Shown here: piece after piece, positions 50,887-63,760 of the stretch
Layout of the letters: the number at the start of each line of letters is the position of its first letter
How positions within the stretch are numbered: position 1 is the first letter of the stretch
Assembly: GCA_030704615.1 (NCBI GenBank)
Contig: CM060731.1
Coordinates: 91,512,001 to 91,576,000, forward strand
Direction: 5' to 3'
Source of the DNA: Takakia lepidozioides
Lineage: Eukaryota; Plantae; Bryophyta
DNA: 64,000 nt
Notes under the pieces: generated by a model
What the model saw: the letters and a program-made list of their open reading frames with translations, nothing else
Told to the model about the DNA's origin: nothing
The model's database searches: none
Made by a program: the position numbers and the translations under genes

Positions 50887-52239
50887 TGGTGCAATCACCC
50901 AAAATTCTTACCGGAATCGCCAATAATCCGACCTTTGCAAAGATCTGACTTAAACAAACCTCCTTTCCAAGGTTGGATTTAAAAGGCTGTTCGGCCCTGC
51001 AAACCTTTGGCGAGCCATCTGCAGTATGCATCACTCCAATCATCTTCAGGCAAGGGAGCTCTCCATCAATCCTCATCACCTCAGATGACTGGGAATGTGT
51101 TGAATCATTATGGATTACCACGGAAGATGTAAGACAGTTCATGAGAACTTGTCCTCCCAATGGATGCCCTGATTCTATGATCAAAAACAAAATCTAGGAG
51201 TTCTTCAGGGCCTACTAGCCACACTACCTTTTTGACAGAAACCACCAAAATCTATTGGAGGGCATACTTGGAAGAGCATCCAGGGCTAAGCTGTAAGCCA
51301 TCTACTCATGTGTTAGCTATGTTGGAGGAGGTGGACATCTATCATCTTGACCCTCCCATGGGTGATCTATGGGTTCATGAACTCGGTCTTGACACACCAT
51401 GCGGAGGTCACAAACTCCAAATCAGAAATCAGGATACCCTAATCAATGCATTCCAGATCCTAGGGGCAATAATCGAAGCAGAGATTGACGATGACACACG
51501 TAGAATGGAACTTCAAAGAACGAGGGACCATCTGGCGGGTGTCAAACCACCATCATCGGGATCTTCCTCAGATGAAGAACCTCTCGCAGACCTTCAGGCT
51601 CAACACATACAAGATGAAGCCCTGGCTGCCACGACGAGTGAGCTGCATATCTCCCCTCAACTCAGCAACAGCTTCAACAACACTATGCCTCAAGTAGGAC
51701 ACGATACCCCTCTCCGCGTCACTGAGTCAACAAACCCACAAATCCAAGTTCTCCCCTGCACCTCGCCATGCATTTTATTCCAAGTACTCTCTTCTGATCC
51801 TTGTAGATATTGGTTATTATGTCTGAAAAAGCCATCTTCTGCAAGAAAATCGGCTCGACAGACTCTCCCGTCCGTCATTGTTCCTTCAGATGTTCAAGCT
51901 GGTCCAGTCATGTTGTTACCAGACTCTCCAGAACCACATCCTCTGCTCACCTCCATCCTCAAAAGTACCTTTTATCCGGAACAGGCTGCTATTATCTCCC
52001 TGTCAATTGACCCTGTTTCAAGTGATCAATTCTCTCATGTCAATACTCCCCTCACTCAAGAGGCCAAACAAAACCTGTCTGCGTTGTTTGTGGAAATTAA
52101 GAGGACAAACCGCAAAGCCCCAGCCAATTACTCATGGGTCAAATCTCTCCATCCCAAAGATCGCCGTGTTAAGTTCTACTTTGATCCTCCAAGGCCATCA
52201 ATTGGGGCTCCCAGCCCCAGCCTTCTCAGCCTGACAGAT

Positions 52240-55200
52240 ATTAATTAACCTTCATTCATGGAATATCAGAGGGCTGGGAATGGACCCAGCTGCTCTCAAG
52301 AGAGTCAAGATTAAATCTTGGCTCAATCCATTCCTGCAGAAAGACTCAATAGTCTTTCTACAAGTACACTAATTGAACCAATCAAAAATAAATCTACTTA
52401 CAGATCACCTGTGGCCAAGGGCCAATGCCCTTTGGAAAACAACCTCTCAGGGCAGCCGAGGTGGCACCTCCATCCTTGTCTCGCCCTCTCTGCAACCTTT
52501 GCTCGTAGCTGAAGAATCCTGGATCCCTAGACGTCTCCAATTTTGTGCCCTAAAGCTCCCAAACAACACAGGCACGTTGGGTCTGGTTAACATTTATGCG
52601 CCAAATATTTCTTCTGACAGGAGCCAATTTTGGTCCAGTCTCTCGGACAAAATGATGGCTCAGCCCAACCTTGATAGTTGGATCATCATGGGGGACTTTA
52701 ACATGGTAGAATCTCCACAGGACAGAAGAGGTGAGATTGGGCCTAATTCAAACATAGAGGACGTGGATCACTGGCTGCAATGCACCCAAATCCACAACCT
52801 GGTGGAGGCAGCCCCTCTTTCGCAGGTGGACACTGACCTCTCTTTCACTTAGACAAATAACAGAGCCCTGGAACACTTGCAGATGGCCCGATTGGATAGA
52901 GCCTATATCTCGTTTAACTTGGTTCAATGGACCAAACGACAACAACAATCATGCTCCAATTTCGGCTGTCATTCGCATCCCAGATACTCAGCAAAGAGGG
53001 AGAGGGTTGTTCAAACTAATCAGCCTCATGCTCAAATTACCTGAATTCAAAAAAGGTCTCCTCCTCGCCTGGCAACAAGCAGGAAATGCATCTCAAAACC
53101 CAGCGGAACGCTTCCTGGATAAAATCAAAGCAGTGAACATACAAAGCCAGAGGATGAGCATCCTAGCAACCATAAGAAAACGCAAAGTGTATGCTCTCAC
53201 AAAATGCCTTAAAAGTCTGCCAACTGAGGCTAGAGTCACCTTGTTGTGATGAGCACACCTACCTCATATACCTGGAAGCAAGGAAAAACCTGGAAGTACA
53301 CCACAATTTGAACGAAAAAAAACTCAAGTTACAAGCAGGGGTGAACTGGTCCACCAAGGGAGAGAAAATGAGCAAATATTTCTTAGAAAAAACCAAGCTT
53401 CGCAGGGCGGTCCAGAACATCACGGAACTGACCGATCAAGTTTTAGGGAATCTGGTTTCACACCCCAAGGAACTGGCTAAATTGGCAGCCACTCACTTTG
53501 GGAATCTATACCATAGCACTCACATCAGCCTGGAGCCTTCCTAGCTGCAGAAGGACTGCTTGGCCCACACTCCCTCCATCCTAACTAGGCATAAGGCGCA
53601 GACATTGGAGGGTGAATTCACAGACTATGAACTGGAAGAAGCGCTTCTCAAGCTTAAAAACAATAAAGCCCCAGGCATGGACGGCATCACTGCAGAGTTC
53701 TACAAAGAGCTTTGGCCAGAGATTTTGGGTGACTTCACCCTTATGGCTAACTACTTGTTTCATTGTTAGGCAATGCCACCTGCAATGTCCCAAGGAGTCA
53801 TTACATTGTTGTATAAGAAGGGAGATAGGACAAACCTCTCTAACTACAGACCTATCACATTGCTGAATGTGGCATACAAGATCATTGCCAAAGCTCTCGC
53901 CCTTCGCTTGCAGCCCCTGTTGCCCTCCCTTATCAGATATCAAACGGGATTTATCAAAGGCAGATACATAATGGATAATTTACTGCTGGCCCAAGAGATC
54001 CCTCAATATGCAAAGCAAACGAAACAAGCTATTGCACTAGTGCTCTTGGACTTTGAAAAGGCATTTGACACGGTCGAATGGTCTTTTCTTCTTGCAGCAC
54101 TGGCCAAAATAGGCTTCCCTCTATCGTTTTGTCAGTGGGTCAGGATCCTTCTATCCACTTCTACCAGTAGGGTCATTATCAATGGGGCTTTATCCAAACC
54201 CTTCTCCCTCCTTAGATCGGTTCGTCAAGGCTGCCCACTATCCCCATTCTTATTTCTAGTGGTGGCAGACAGCCTTGGTTACACTCTTCAATATAAAGCT
54301 CATCTGACTGGACTGAGAGTCAATAACTACATCACTCAGCAGCCTACTCAGGTTCTTGATTCTATGTTTGTTGATGATACCTTTCTCATTCTTCAGGCAG
54401 AAACTCAGAACCTTGACAAAGCAGCGGAATGCCTGCAACTATTTTGTTCAGCGTCTGGATTCAAGGTGAATTGGAACAAAACTTGTGCTTTTATAGTAGG
54501 GGACCTCTCAAACAACAACCTGGGTATCACTCCTACATGGGGGGTCAATCTAGGCCTCAAATGGTTGCAACCAGGCCAATCCACAACCCTGCTAGGCTAT
54601 ACATTCGGACTTGACCTCACTGACGATCAGAGATTTGCACCTATTTTGAACAAGCTGAAGAGGAAATTGGCTTTTTGGGGATCGAAGCATCTGTCAATCA
54701 TAGTAGAGCCTTGATAGTAAATCAAATCCTGGAGGGCGGGATCTGGTACTATGCCAGCTCATGGAGACCTAACTCGACTAAATCCAACAGGTTAAAAAAC
54801 TGCTGCGTAATTTCATCTAGGGGCTGAATTGTCATCACAGGGTAAAAGATCCCAAGTGTCGTGGAGCCAAATATGTCTCCCCAAAAAATAGGGAGGGTTG
54901 GGCATCATCGACCCTGAAAAACAGATTGTAGCCCTTCTGGGTAAATGGATACCTCGATTCATGGGCCCCGAGGGTGGTTGGTGGAAGTTCATCGTGGCAG
55001 ACAGCATTCTGATGGCCTCCCCTTTAAAAAGTGCCTCTTGGGCACCATCATTTTGATGGATTGTCAAAGGTTTCAACTTCAAAAAAGTGGGATCCAGTCT
55101 ATGGAACTCTATCTGGCAGGCTTGGGGGAGGCTGCGGGGCTTTCTCAAAAAACATGAACCCTCTAACTACTTCAAGATCATTCGTCAATACCTTTTCCTT

Positions 55201-56100
55201 AATACCAACAAGCCAAGCCCTTCCCAGCGAAAAGAGGCAAGCCACTAGTCAGCATGGGACAACCTGGGTATCTCCCAAATGGGTAACCTGTGGCAAAGCA
55301 ACGGAGTCAAATCGCAATATCTCATTGCTTCAACAGTGGGAAAGGCTCTATAAGCAAGCAAGTCGTACTCAAACCTTATTCAAAACATTGACCAAACATG
55401 GATTGGGCATCTGAACAGTGGACCTATTTTTCCATCACACAACTACTGGGCACTTACCATTCACAACAACCTTCTTACCATCCTGTTTGTTAACCATTCC
55501 ACCTCAAGCAACCACGTCGCCTACGCCTTCCACATTGACCCTCTCACCCTAACCCTCCATCTTCATTCGCAAGAACCTGTCATCCTTGGGAGTTTGGAAG
55601 ACAACCAGAACCCTTCTTTTCGTACACCACCAAAAAAGGTTACAAGGCTTTGTCCCTGCCAATTTCACTGAAAGCAAAGTGGGAGTCAAGATGGGGGCAC
55701 CTGGGATTTAGAGATGAGAACTAGTCCGCAATTTGGGGCTCTGTGTGGCTAAAGTCCAGGCCTGCCAAAATCCAAGCGTTCCTCTGGCAAGTTGCTAACA
55801 GAGTGCTCAAGGTGGGCAAATGGTTACAATTTCAGGACACCCTCCTTTGCTCCTGCTGCTCATCAGGAATCATGGAAAGCCTCGAACATTGTCTCATCTC
55901 ATGCCAAGCAGCAGCCATCATTTGGCCATTTATCAAAAACTTTTACTCCTGTTGGAACCTCATTCCTCTCTCTCCCACGATCCTGCTTCTAAACTATGAC
56001 GCAACAACAAAAAAGAAAGTTATTCATTGCCCTGTTTTCAAAACACTTAGAGGCAGCACACTTTCGCACCTCTAGAAAGCAAGATGCTCCAGAACTTTCT
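52240..56100 (+). pseudogene. LINE ORF2 (APE endonuclease, reverse transcriptase, zf-RVT)
   Basis: SWNIRGLG, VNIYAPN, MGDFN, KAPGMDG, NYRPITLLN, LDFEKAFD, RQGCPLSP, FVDDT and ESLEHCL; many stops. Confidence 0.92.
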
Positions 56101-56945
56101 CTAGACAAACTTCTACAGTTTCAGCTCTTCTCACATCTGTTTTCTATGACCTTGGGACAGAATCCAGGAAGGCTTGGGCCAAGCATTGTGCACAGACCCA
56201 ACGGAAACCAGAGATCGCAGGGGCTTCCTATGATAAATTCCGCACCACCTGGGGTAATCGAGGCCTCATCTGCAGCAGCGCAAATCCAAACATTTGTGTC
56301 TGGCCAGACCTGCCCCACCCAGCTGGAGAGGAATTCGCACAACACTCCACCGCGTCGCTCGAGAGATAAACTGGAAACATCTTAAGGGCTCTTCTAAAGC
56401 CTCCCGTCTTCAGTTTAGGCAGGTGTAATAGCATTATCAATCCCTAGGCAGTGCACTAACTCACGCTGGTGCCATACTCTCTGTATTCATGTGTTGACTT
56501 CCGGTTCATGTTTCTTCCTCCGGGGTAGTAACATAGATCCTAGGGTTCTCGTTTTTGGTAACCATAGTTAACACTTCTCTCTTTGAGGGGTCATGTTCGG
56601 GGCCTCTTTGGCTCAAGTTTACCTCAATGAGGGTACGGGTTCTAACTTCACTGATAACGGTGTGTGTGCCTTATGGCGAAAATAGGGGTTTTAATTTTTT
56701 TTTCCCCGAATAATTCCAAATAAATTGTAATGGCCTTTCGGCCAACCAAAAATATAATAAAATAATCAGGGCTACAATCCCTTAAAAAATAATTAAAAAA
56801 AATATTATTACTATTTATTTATTTCTTAAACACCCGGGCCAACGACCGACCACCAACCATTGAACCGCTCACAATTGAATCAGGCCTCCCTTTAATATAT
56901 TTTTTTAAAGAACATCAGGCCTTGATTATAGTGAGATGAGAAAAT

Positions 56946-58214
56946 TATTGGAAATCAACTCCTGACCAAGTTACTACTACCTAGAGTTACTGTGATGACA
57001 AGTCAGGCTTCCATAATAGCAGTGCTGACAAGTCACACTTAACAATAGAGATAAGCCTCGGTTAGCTAAAAGATAGCTAAAGTTAGCTTCAGTTATTAGT
57101 GACTCAAGTCATTGTACCAGAATAGCAGGTGGAGATAACTTAAGTAAAAGCATGGAGTTATGCTATAGTTATCTCAGCTATTTCTGGATTAGACTTTGAA
57201 TATAAATAGGGAGAGCTCGGAGGGTGGACACACAACTTGTTGTGGTCTTATGGTTGGGTGGAGAGTTCTCAGTAATCAGTTCATCTTTTATCTCTATTCT
57301 CTGTCGAATTCCAACATAGTATCAGAGCAAGGTTATGTCTGAGAGATAGAAGGAGATGAGTATTTGATTTACAACCAATAGGCTTGAGTGCTTGGGTTTA
57401 AATCTGAAAGCTTGAATGCTTGGAATTGAGTGCTTGGTGTCAGATCTGAAAGCTTGAGTGCTTGGAGTTAGATCTGAAAGTTTGAGGGTGTTTTATAGTT
57501 GGCAAAACATCAAACTAGTATCATGGCACCTTCTGCTGATCATACCCGAGTGGAGAAGTTAGATGGTCACTTATATGCACGTGACTGCTTCAAGGAAAAA
57601 CTAGACGATGAGAAAAAAAAGAGGTTTCAAAATGAGATTTCAGCATTGGTTGAAAGGACTGAACTTCTTGTTGTAGCTTTGTCAATCTCTACGAGTTGCA
57701 GAGATGTATGGTTCATTGATTCAGGGGCATCTCAGCACATGACGTTCCAGAAGGAAGCATTCTCAACCGTCAAAGAACTCTCTGTGGGACACAAGGTGTA
57801 TCTTGGAGACAGCAGTACTAGTCTTGATATCCATGGAAAAGTTTCAATTATCATGTGGAGTGTTGAAGGAGATCGGAGGAGTTCTCTTTGTTCCTGGTTT
57901 GACAAAGAACCTATTGTCAGTTAGTCAGCTAACTGAGCAAGGTCTTACGGTTGAATTTTCTACCAATCTTTGCTGGGTGAAGTTTGGCAGTGAAGTGATA
58001 GCTGAGGCAGTGAAAGATGCAAGATTGTACAAGCTGATTGGGGTTGTCCAGGCTTTACATGCGGAGTGTACTACTACTCTCAAGCAGAGTGACCTCTGGC
58101 ATCAGAGACATGGACATGTCTCAATGCAAAGTTTGGCATGCATGTCAGCTAACAATCTGGTTAAGGGCATGGATCTTACAGGAGATCGGATCTTGAGTTT
58201 TTTGTGACCATGTG
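56946..58214 (+). mobile_element. Ty1/Copia remnant: LTR 56946-57316, PBS, internally deleted gag-protease
   Basis: T(A)TTGGAA...TTCCAACA ends, T(A)GTATCAGAGC, WFIDSGASQHMT and LWHQRHGH. Confidence 0.85.
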
Positions 58215-58270
58215 ATTTCTTACTGTCTTACTATTTCGGCATATGTTTCACAATTTTGAAACATCCCGGA

Positions 58271-58610
58271 CGCAATGCGGCACCGCATTTCCATTCAACC
58301 ATGTGCCCGGTAGTACACAGGACCGAAATGCGGCACCGCATTTCCGTTCCTGCCTATCCAAGGTGTCCCAGTCGACGGAAATTAGGTGCCGCGTTTCTGT
58401 TCCACCGTGGCTTACTTGTCCCATTCGACCGAAATGCGGTACCGCATTTCCATTCCACCATGTGCCTGTTGGTACAGTGGATGGAAATGCGGTACCGCAT
58501 TTCCGTTCCAGCACTAGTTTGGTTTCCCCGTTGACGGAAATGCGGTGCCGCATTTCCGATCACAATCAGAGAGAGGACGATGTCGAACGGGAATGCGGCA
58601 CCGCATTTCC
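58271..58610. repeat. Array 3: seven 22-bp palindromes at an exact 53-bp period
   Basis: Starts at 58271, 58324, 58377, 58430, 58483, 58536 and 58589. Confidence 0.95.
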
Positions 58611-58739
58611 GTTCAATCATGTGCACTGGGATGCATTGTTCCGATACAACACAAATGCGGCCTGTCTTTATGAGCACAACTTGGTTGTCTAACCGTTTTA
58701 ACTAACATTCCTGGCACTTGTCAATTTGAACGTTCATGT

Positions 58740-59885
58740 CTGCATCGAGAATATGGCAAGATCCACCCTTAGGAAAAACTGTCAGGAGATGTTATTGCCT
58801 CGTCGAATTGGCCATCATTGTCATACATACTGGATATGGAATCGGAGCTCCCACCTTCATGCATGTATCTTGAAACATTCTGCTCGACTTCAATGTGCGA
58901 CTTCCAATCGTCGATGGCCTCGCAGTTCCAATTATGTGGTGCCAGTAAGCCTTGGTCTGTTGCTATAGGGAACCTCGCACTTGCCAACTTCGTGCGGTGT
59001 TCGATGGCTCCCAATTCCTACGCTATAGTTTGCTGTCCTCTGCAACTTGGGAGAGCCTGGATCCCAAACGAGGGAGGACTTTGCAGAGTGACTGAAACTT
59101 ACCTTTGTTCCAAATTCAAGCTCAAATCGGGCACAGTTTATTTGGAAGAAGAAAAGAAGGATGTTCCTAGATAGGTTGATGAGACCATTGTCGTGCTAGG
59201 TGCCGAAGGAGGTTGCGGAATCGAGTGGCACGTACCCCCATCAGACACCATCTTGTACCGCGCTGTTGGAATGCCCATTCCCTTCCCGAATCAGTCGCTG
59301 CCCACACCATCCACAAAGGAGTCGGGAAACCGACAGGCGGCCACTGCCAATAGAGAGGTATGCAACGATAATCATTCCCGACCTGGACCGTCAAGACCCT
59401 CCATAGCTTCTCGTGTGGAGGTATTTGACATTTCAGACGAGGAAGATGAGTGCATTGAGGTCCCCATGTCCTCCACACGGTCGTTCAAATCCGACATGGA
59501 CGTCTCTGCAGGTGCTATGCATGTACCCCCGAGCATAACTCCAACCCGCTCCATTGTGCAGCTCTTACGGCAACATCACCTCGACGGTTCTCGCTCCGAA
59601 CTGGCTGCCCTCGACTATGCCAAATTTCCAGTCAGGAAGGTAACGTATCTGCCTCCCAAAGTCGATGGTAATGTGATCTTCGAGTTTCCACCTGTTACTT
59701 CGTCAAACAAAGCCTCAGGGATGTTAACAGACATGGATCGAAAGCATGACGGACACCCCTGGTGTGTGACGAAGACCAGTAGCACGAAAATTGTTGATGG
59801 TGTTTGTGTACGATATGCCCTGTGTGCGGGGAAACTGAGGTGCCTCAATCCCGCTTGTTTCCACTTTCTCTCCAAAGGAGGGCGG
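58740..59885 (+). pseudogene. N-terminal part of the GCM-type transposase
   Basis: YLPPKVDGNVIFEFPP...DGHPWCVTKTS...CAGKLRCLNPAC. Confidence 0.7.
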
Positions 59886-60249
59886 AGAGCCCTGAAGACT
59901 CGGTGTGACTATCTTACTATGACGAAGGCCGCAACTACCAGTACCTACGATGTTACTTGGAAATGCGGCGCCGCATTTCCTTGCCGAGGGTCCAATGAGG
60001 AAAGCAAGTTTGGGAGAGCAGAAAAATAGGAACCCCCCAAAAAACAAAAATACAATGACGGGGAAACATAAGTTAATGGCATAGTATTATCTTAGTTTGA
60101 GCAGGTTACTGGTAGGCAAGACATAAGTCGAACCTTTATGTGGCCAAAGACAGAGGTACTTGCAGCAGTACAGTTCTACTATAGCTGAAACTCCGAAAAG
60201 GATGGGCGTAACATTGTCTTGTGGCTCGCAAGCCAAACTCACTGGTCCC

Positions 60250-62855
60250 CTGGATCCATATTCAGAAGATTGTAGATCTCTTGGGGGCTCAACCCTGGTG
60301 CATGTATGAAGTGATGAGTTGTGGAATACACCGGAGTTTCTTTAGGTACACGTAGTAGAGATGCTTGCAAGGGCAGTATGATGCCCCCTTGTTCGCCATG
60401 ATCTGGAAGTCGGTGCAATTGCAGGTGGGTAATTATGAAATGGTGATGGTGTACACCTCATTGCGGACAGCTGAGCCTGCCGTGGCCATTTGATACATAC
60501 GCCCGAAGCCTGGTGGGGGCACTTCTGTTGAGTTCTGGATTGTACAGTTCATCCGAAGTGCATTCCCCATTCTTGTCTCGTTCACTTCCGAGGGAGGTCG
60601 CCGCCTCTTCGGTTTGCCCCAACGGTGTGTAGGATGCTTAGAGTTGTTGCGTCCCATTATTCTTGCTCTCACAGGGGTCGGTGGTGGAGGCTGTGGAAGC
60701 GGAAATGGTTGTCTGGGGACGTCAGTGTGCTGCACCATCCGAAATCCTACGCCAGTAAGGGCGTCGGCCTCAACCTGACTCAGATCGCATCCTGGTTCCA
60801 CCGGCCACACCGGGAGAGCCTCTGGCATTGTTTGTATGCCGTACTTGGGCTTTCCATATACGCAAGTCATAATGTCATGCCTGCAGAACCAGAACTGGGT
60901 AGTTGTCGCCTCCGAAAACTTTGCATGGACAAATCTTCCTGTAAAAGTAGGAGCAGGGACAGCCCCATCTGGATTCCTCCTTATCATCTCTAAACAACGT
61001 TGTCGTTTATCCACTCGAATTGCAGAACACGTGCCTCGAAATGCCGGCCTTGTGCGAGCAATTCTCCACTGTGACGTAGACACAGTCGTCTCCACAATGG
61101 CTTGGCCATACTGCATAACAGCGTGCGGAATCTGGGGCAGGCGAGCAGTGGGAATTTCTCGCACGGAATCCCTGCTTGAAGGCGATGGGGATCTGGAAAC
61201 TCTTGGGCTTCCACTGTTGGAAGACTCATTGTGCGGCAACATGACGGGACTTCGAGGTGTTGTCCGAATGTTCCTGTCGGATCTCCAGGAATCCTCTTCG
61301 CACCCGGGTTCCTCTTCAATCCTCCGCCTCACATGGCGAGTATGGACGTCCCCCTCTAGGTGTTCACCTCTGCGGTGCAGAGGCGTCCCTTTGATCTTCT
61401 CTCGCAATGTTGTCGCTCATTTCAGTGGATTCTTCGACCTCGAAGCTGTTTGTACCAACAATTCCTCCCTATCCGGCCCAAAGCCCCATTGTTTCCCGCT
61501 CAGGAACTTATAGTACCTGGCTTGCTGCATGATCGTTTTGTTGATGTCCTCCATTGTGGCCGTCACCACGTCCACCAGATGTGCGGCAGAAGACGTTTGC
61601 TAGGAGAAGTGGACTGATTCTGCCATATTCGTGTTCGGCATGTCCGTGTCGGAATCCAGGCACCGCTCCTACAAGGACAGAAACAATGGTGAGGGAAAAA
61701 TGGAAAGGTCCGTAATAGAACGACAATTGCAGCAAAAGTCTGGCATCATACCTCTCGCATATACTGTCCAAACTGTCCATACCGGAAATGCCACCACCCC
61801 AACCAGCTCTGCAAGGCTCCCAGATTGGTTGTGTCCACTGCACCTGACGTGTTCCACTAAGCCTCGATGATAGCAAACTTAACCTCCGCGTCATCAAATG
61901 TGGGTGCATCCTTCCACGCCGTACAAAGGACACGGTGTTCAGCTTGGAATGAGCTTGCAACAAATTTGGTAGTGTAGTGAGATAGACTTTGCATCCAATG
62001 GAATCCACATGATCTCTCTTTCCCCTCCATTGGAACATTGGGGTCCTCACCATACACGCGCAGCACCGCTGCCCAGTTGGCCTGAGCGTTGTCTGCCATG
62101 AATCCCGTGAAATTGGGCTTTGGCAAACCCGCCCTTGCCATATGCTCGTTTATGCCCTCCCACAGATGTATCTCCGACTGTGTGTCCTCCCCTTTCATCT
62201 CGCAGATTGCAATCGTCATGAGCCTCTTGGAGTGGAGTGACCAAGTCGACTCCGCTCCCAGGCCCACACGTTGACATTTTGAAAATGTAACAACGATCAG
62301 ATTCGCTGCCTTGCCCTAGAAACCTGCTACCTTGGATGTAGTCATATCCAATCTTTCTTTTCACCTCCAGAATTGAGTGCATGTCCGACCCCCGGCCGAA
62401 CTCCTGCTTGCAAGATATGATGTGATTCCGCACATTCGGACTACAAAGGTGCGAGACGGACTCCAACATGTCAAGCATCTCCTCTTCATTCAAGGGCACT
62501 TGGTCCTTTCCATCTTCAGACATAATTTTGCCAAGAGCAATCTTGTGGGCTGCCTTGAGCTGAATCTGCTTTGATCTGGCTCCGGGGCTCAATTTCACCT
62601 CTTCTTTTATGATGTCGTGTGCTTCCTGCACAGCCTCCCGGATGTTGTCTCTCGCCAAGGGGTGGCAGTGGACCCCAACGTGTATGCAAGCTCGTGTTAA
62701 GTCCGGGAGCAAATGGATTACATAATATTGATTGGCTCTGCACATGGACATGCATGTCGGTGGTTCTTTGCAATGTGCGCACTTGAAAGTACCCGCTGGA
62801 GCCTAGCTAGAGACAATGAATGGATGATGGGTTGTGCTAGTCCAATCCGCTCGTC
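60250..62855 (-). pseudogene. C-terminal part of the GCM-type transposase (DDE core plus SWIM)
   Basis: FKCAHCK...GVHCHP, FKMSTCG, FMADNAQAN, CGFHW and CNCTDF...CKH; homologous to 36850-39588. Confidence 0.78.
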
Positions 62856-63509
62856 CCATTGCCGAACGCCCCAAAAATCTCGCACGTGCGAGCCCTAATG
62901 CGGCACCGCATTTCCCAGTTGAATCGCAAACCTTTCCCGCCGAATGCAGGAAGAAGAAAGAATTTTGAAGCACTGCAGACTCTATTGTTGCATGGGGATC
63001 ATACAATCGCGGCAAAAGGGTCAGGTTCATTCCAATGTTAGGGCATATAAAACCGCGGAATACTCTATACAGGCCAGTATGCGGCGTCCTTTTGCTGTGG
63101 TATACTGGATTCCTCGTTGCACGGTCAGTCATTTCCATGAGCAGATCTAAAAAACCATGAGCGGAATTGTTACTGACGACATATCTTCGCCGCATTACAG
63201 GATCTGGAACTTCCAAAAACAGCAATGTCAACAAAAAAAAAAAAACTATTATTTTAATACTTTTTTAATCTGCCGCATTTCCAAATTTGGAGGAGTCCGC
63301 TCATGAAAACCACGTGTCTTGGACTTCGGCTCACCGCTCATGCGGCTCATGGCTCATGGCTCATGGTTTCTGCTCATGAAATAGTTCCGAACAAGAGCTC
63401 CGAACAAGACGACACCTCCGGGCGAAGTGCAGAGCTCTCGAACCACGCGTACCCCAAAAAACACTAAGTCCCAACCTGCACACTACGACCTAGCAACCCT
63501 AAATTCGAG

Positions 63510-63760
63510 CCAAGTGCATTATCATTCGTTCATACAATAGTTGCGTTATCATTCGTTCATACGTTCATCCAGTGCACAAAAGTTATGTTTGAGACGTTCA
63601 TCCAATAGTTGTCAGCAAGGCGTTTGTTTATCATTCGTTCAGATAAATAGTTGTTTTGTTTCACTAACCTTTCATACGTTCATCCAATAGCTGCCAGCAA
63701 GGCGTTTGTTTATCATTCGTTCAGATAATTCAATTGTTTTGTTTCATTAACCTCAACCAG
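63510..63760 (+). repeat. Short degenerate tandem repeats (TTATCATTCGTTCA), probably subterminal to another element
   Basis: At least four copies; CACTACGACC lies upstream at 63481. Confidence 0.5.

Larger units (their letters stand above)
49370..56800 (+). mobile_element. Near full-length L1/Tx1-like LINE, defective
   Basis: ORF1 with a zinc knuckle, ORF2 with endonuclease, RT and zinc-finger regions, A-rich 3' end. Confidence 0.9.
58231..63384. mobile_element. GCM-domain Mutator-like element with palindrome array, apparently complete but internally inverted
   Basis: Ends CTATTTC...GAAATAG, left subterminal palindrome array, both halves of the transposase present; no TSD found. Confidence 0.68.

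Noticed and set aside
51232-52248. Independent 338-aa gene
   Set aside because: Lies between LINE ORF1 and ORF2, has a non-ATG start and no recognisable domain; most likely a frameshifted extension of ORF1.
58271-58610. Bona fide CRISPR array
   Set aside because: Eukaryotic TE context, no cas genes, and the spacers are related to one another. Reported as a CRISPR-like repeat instead.
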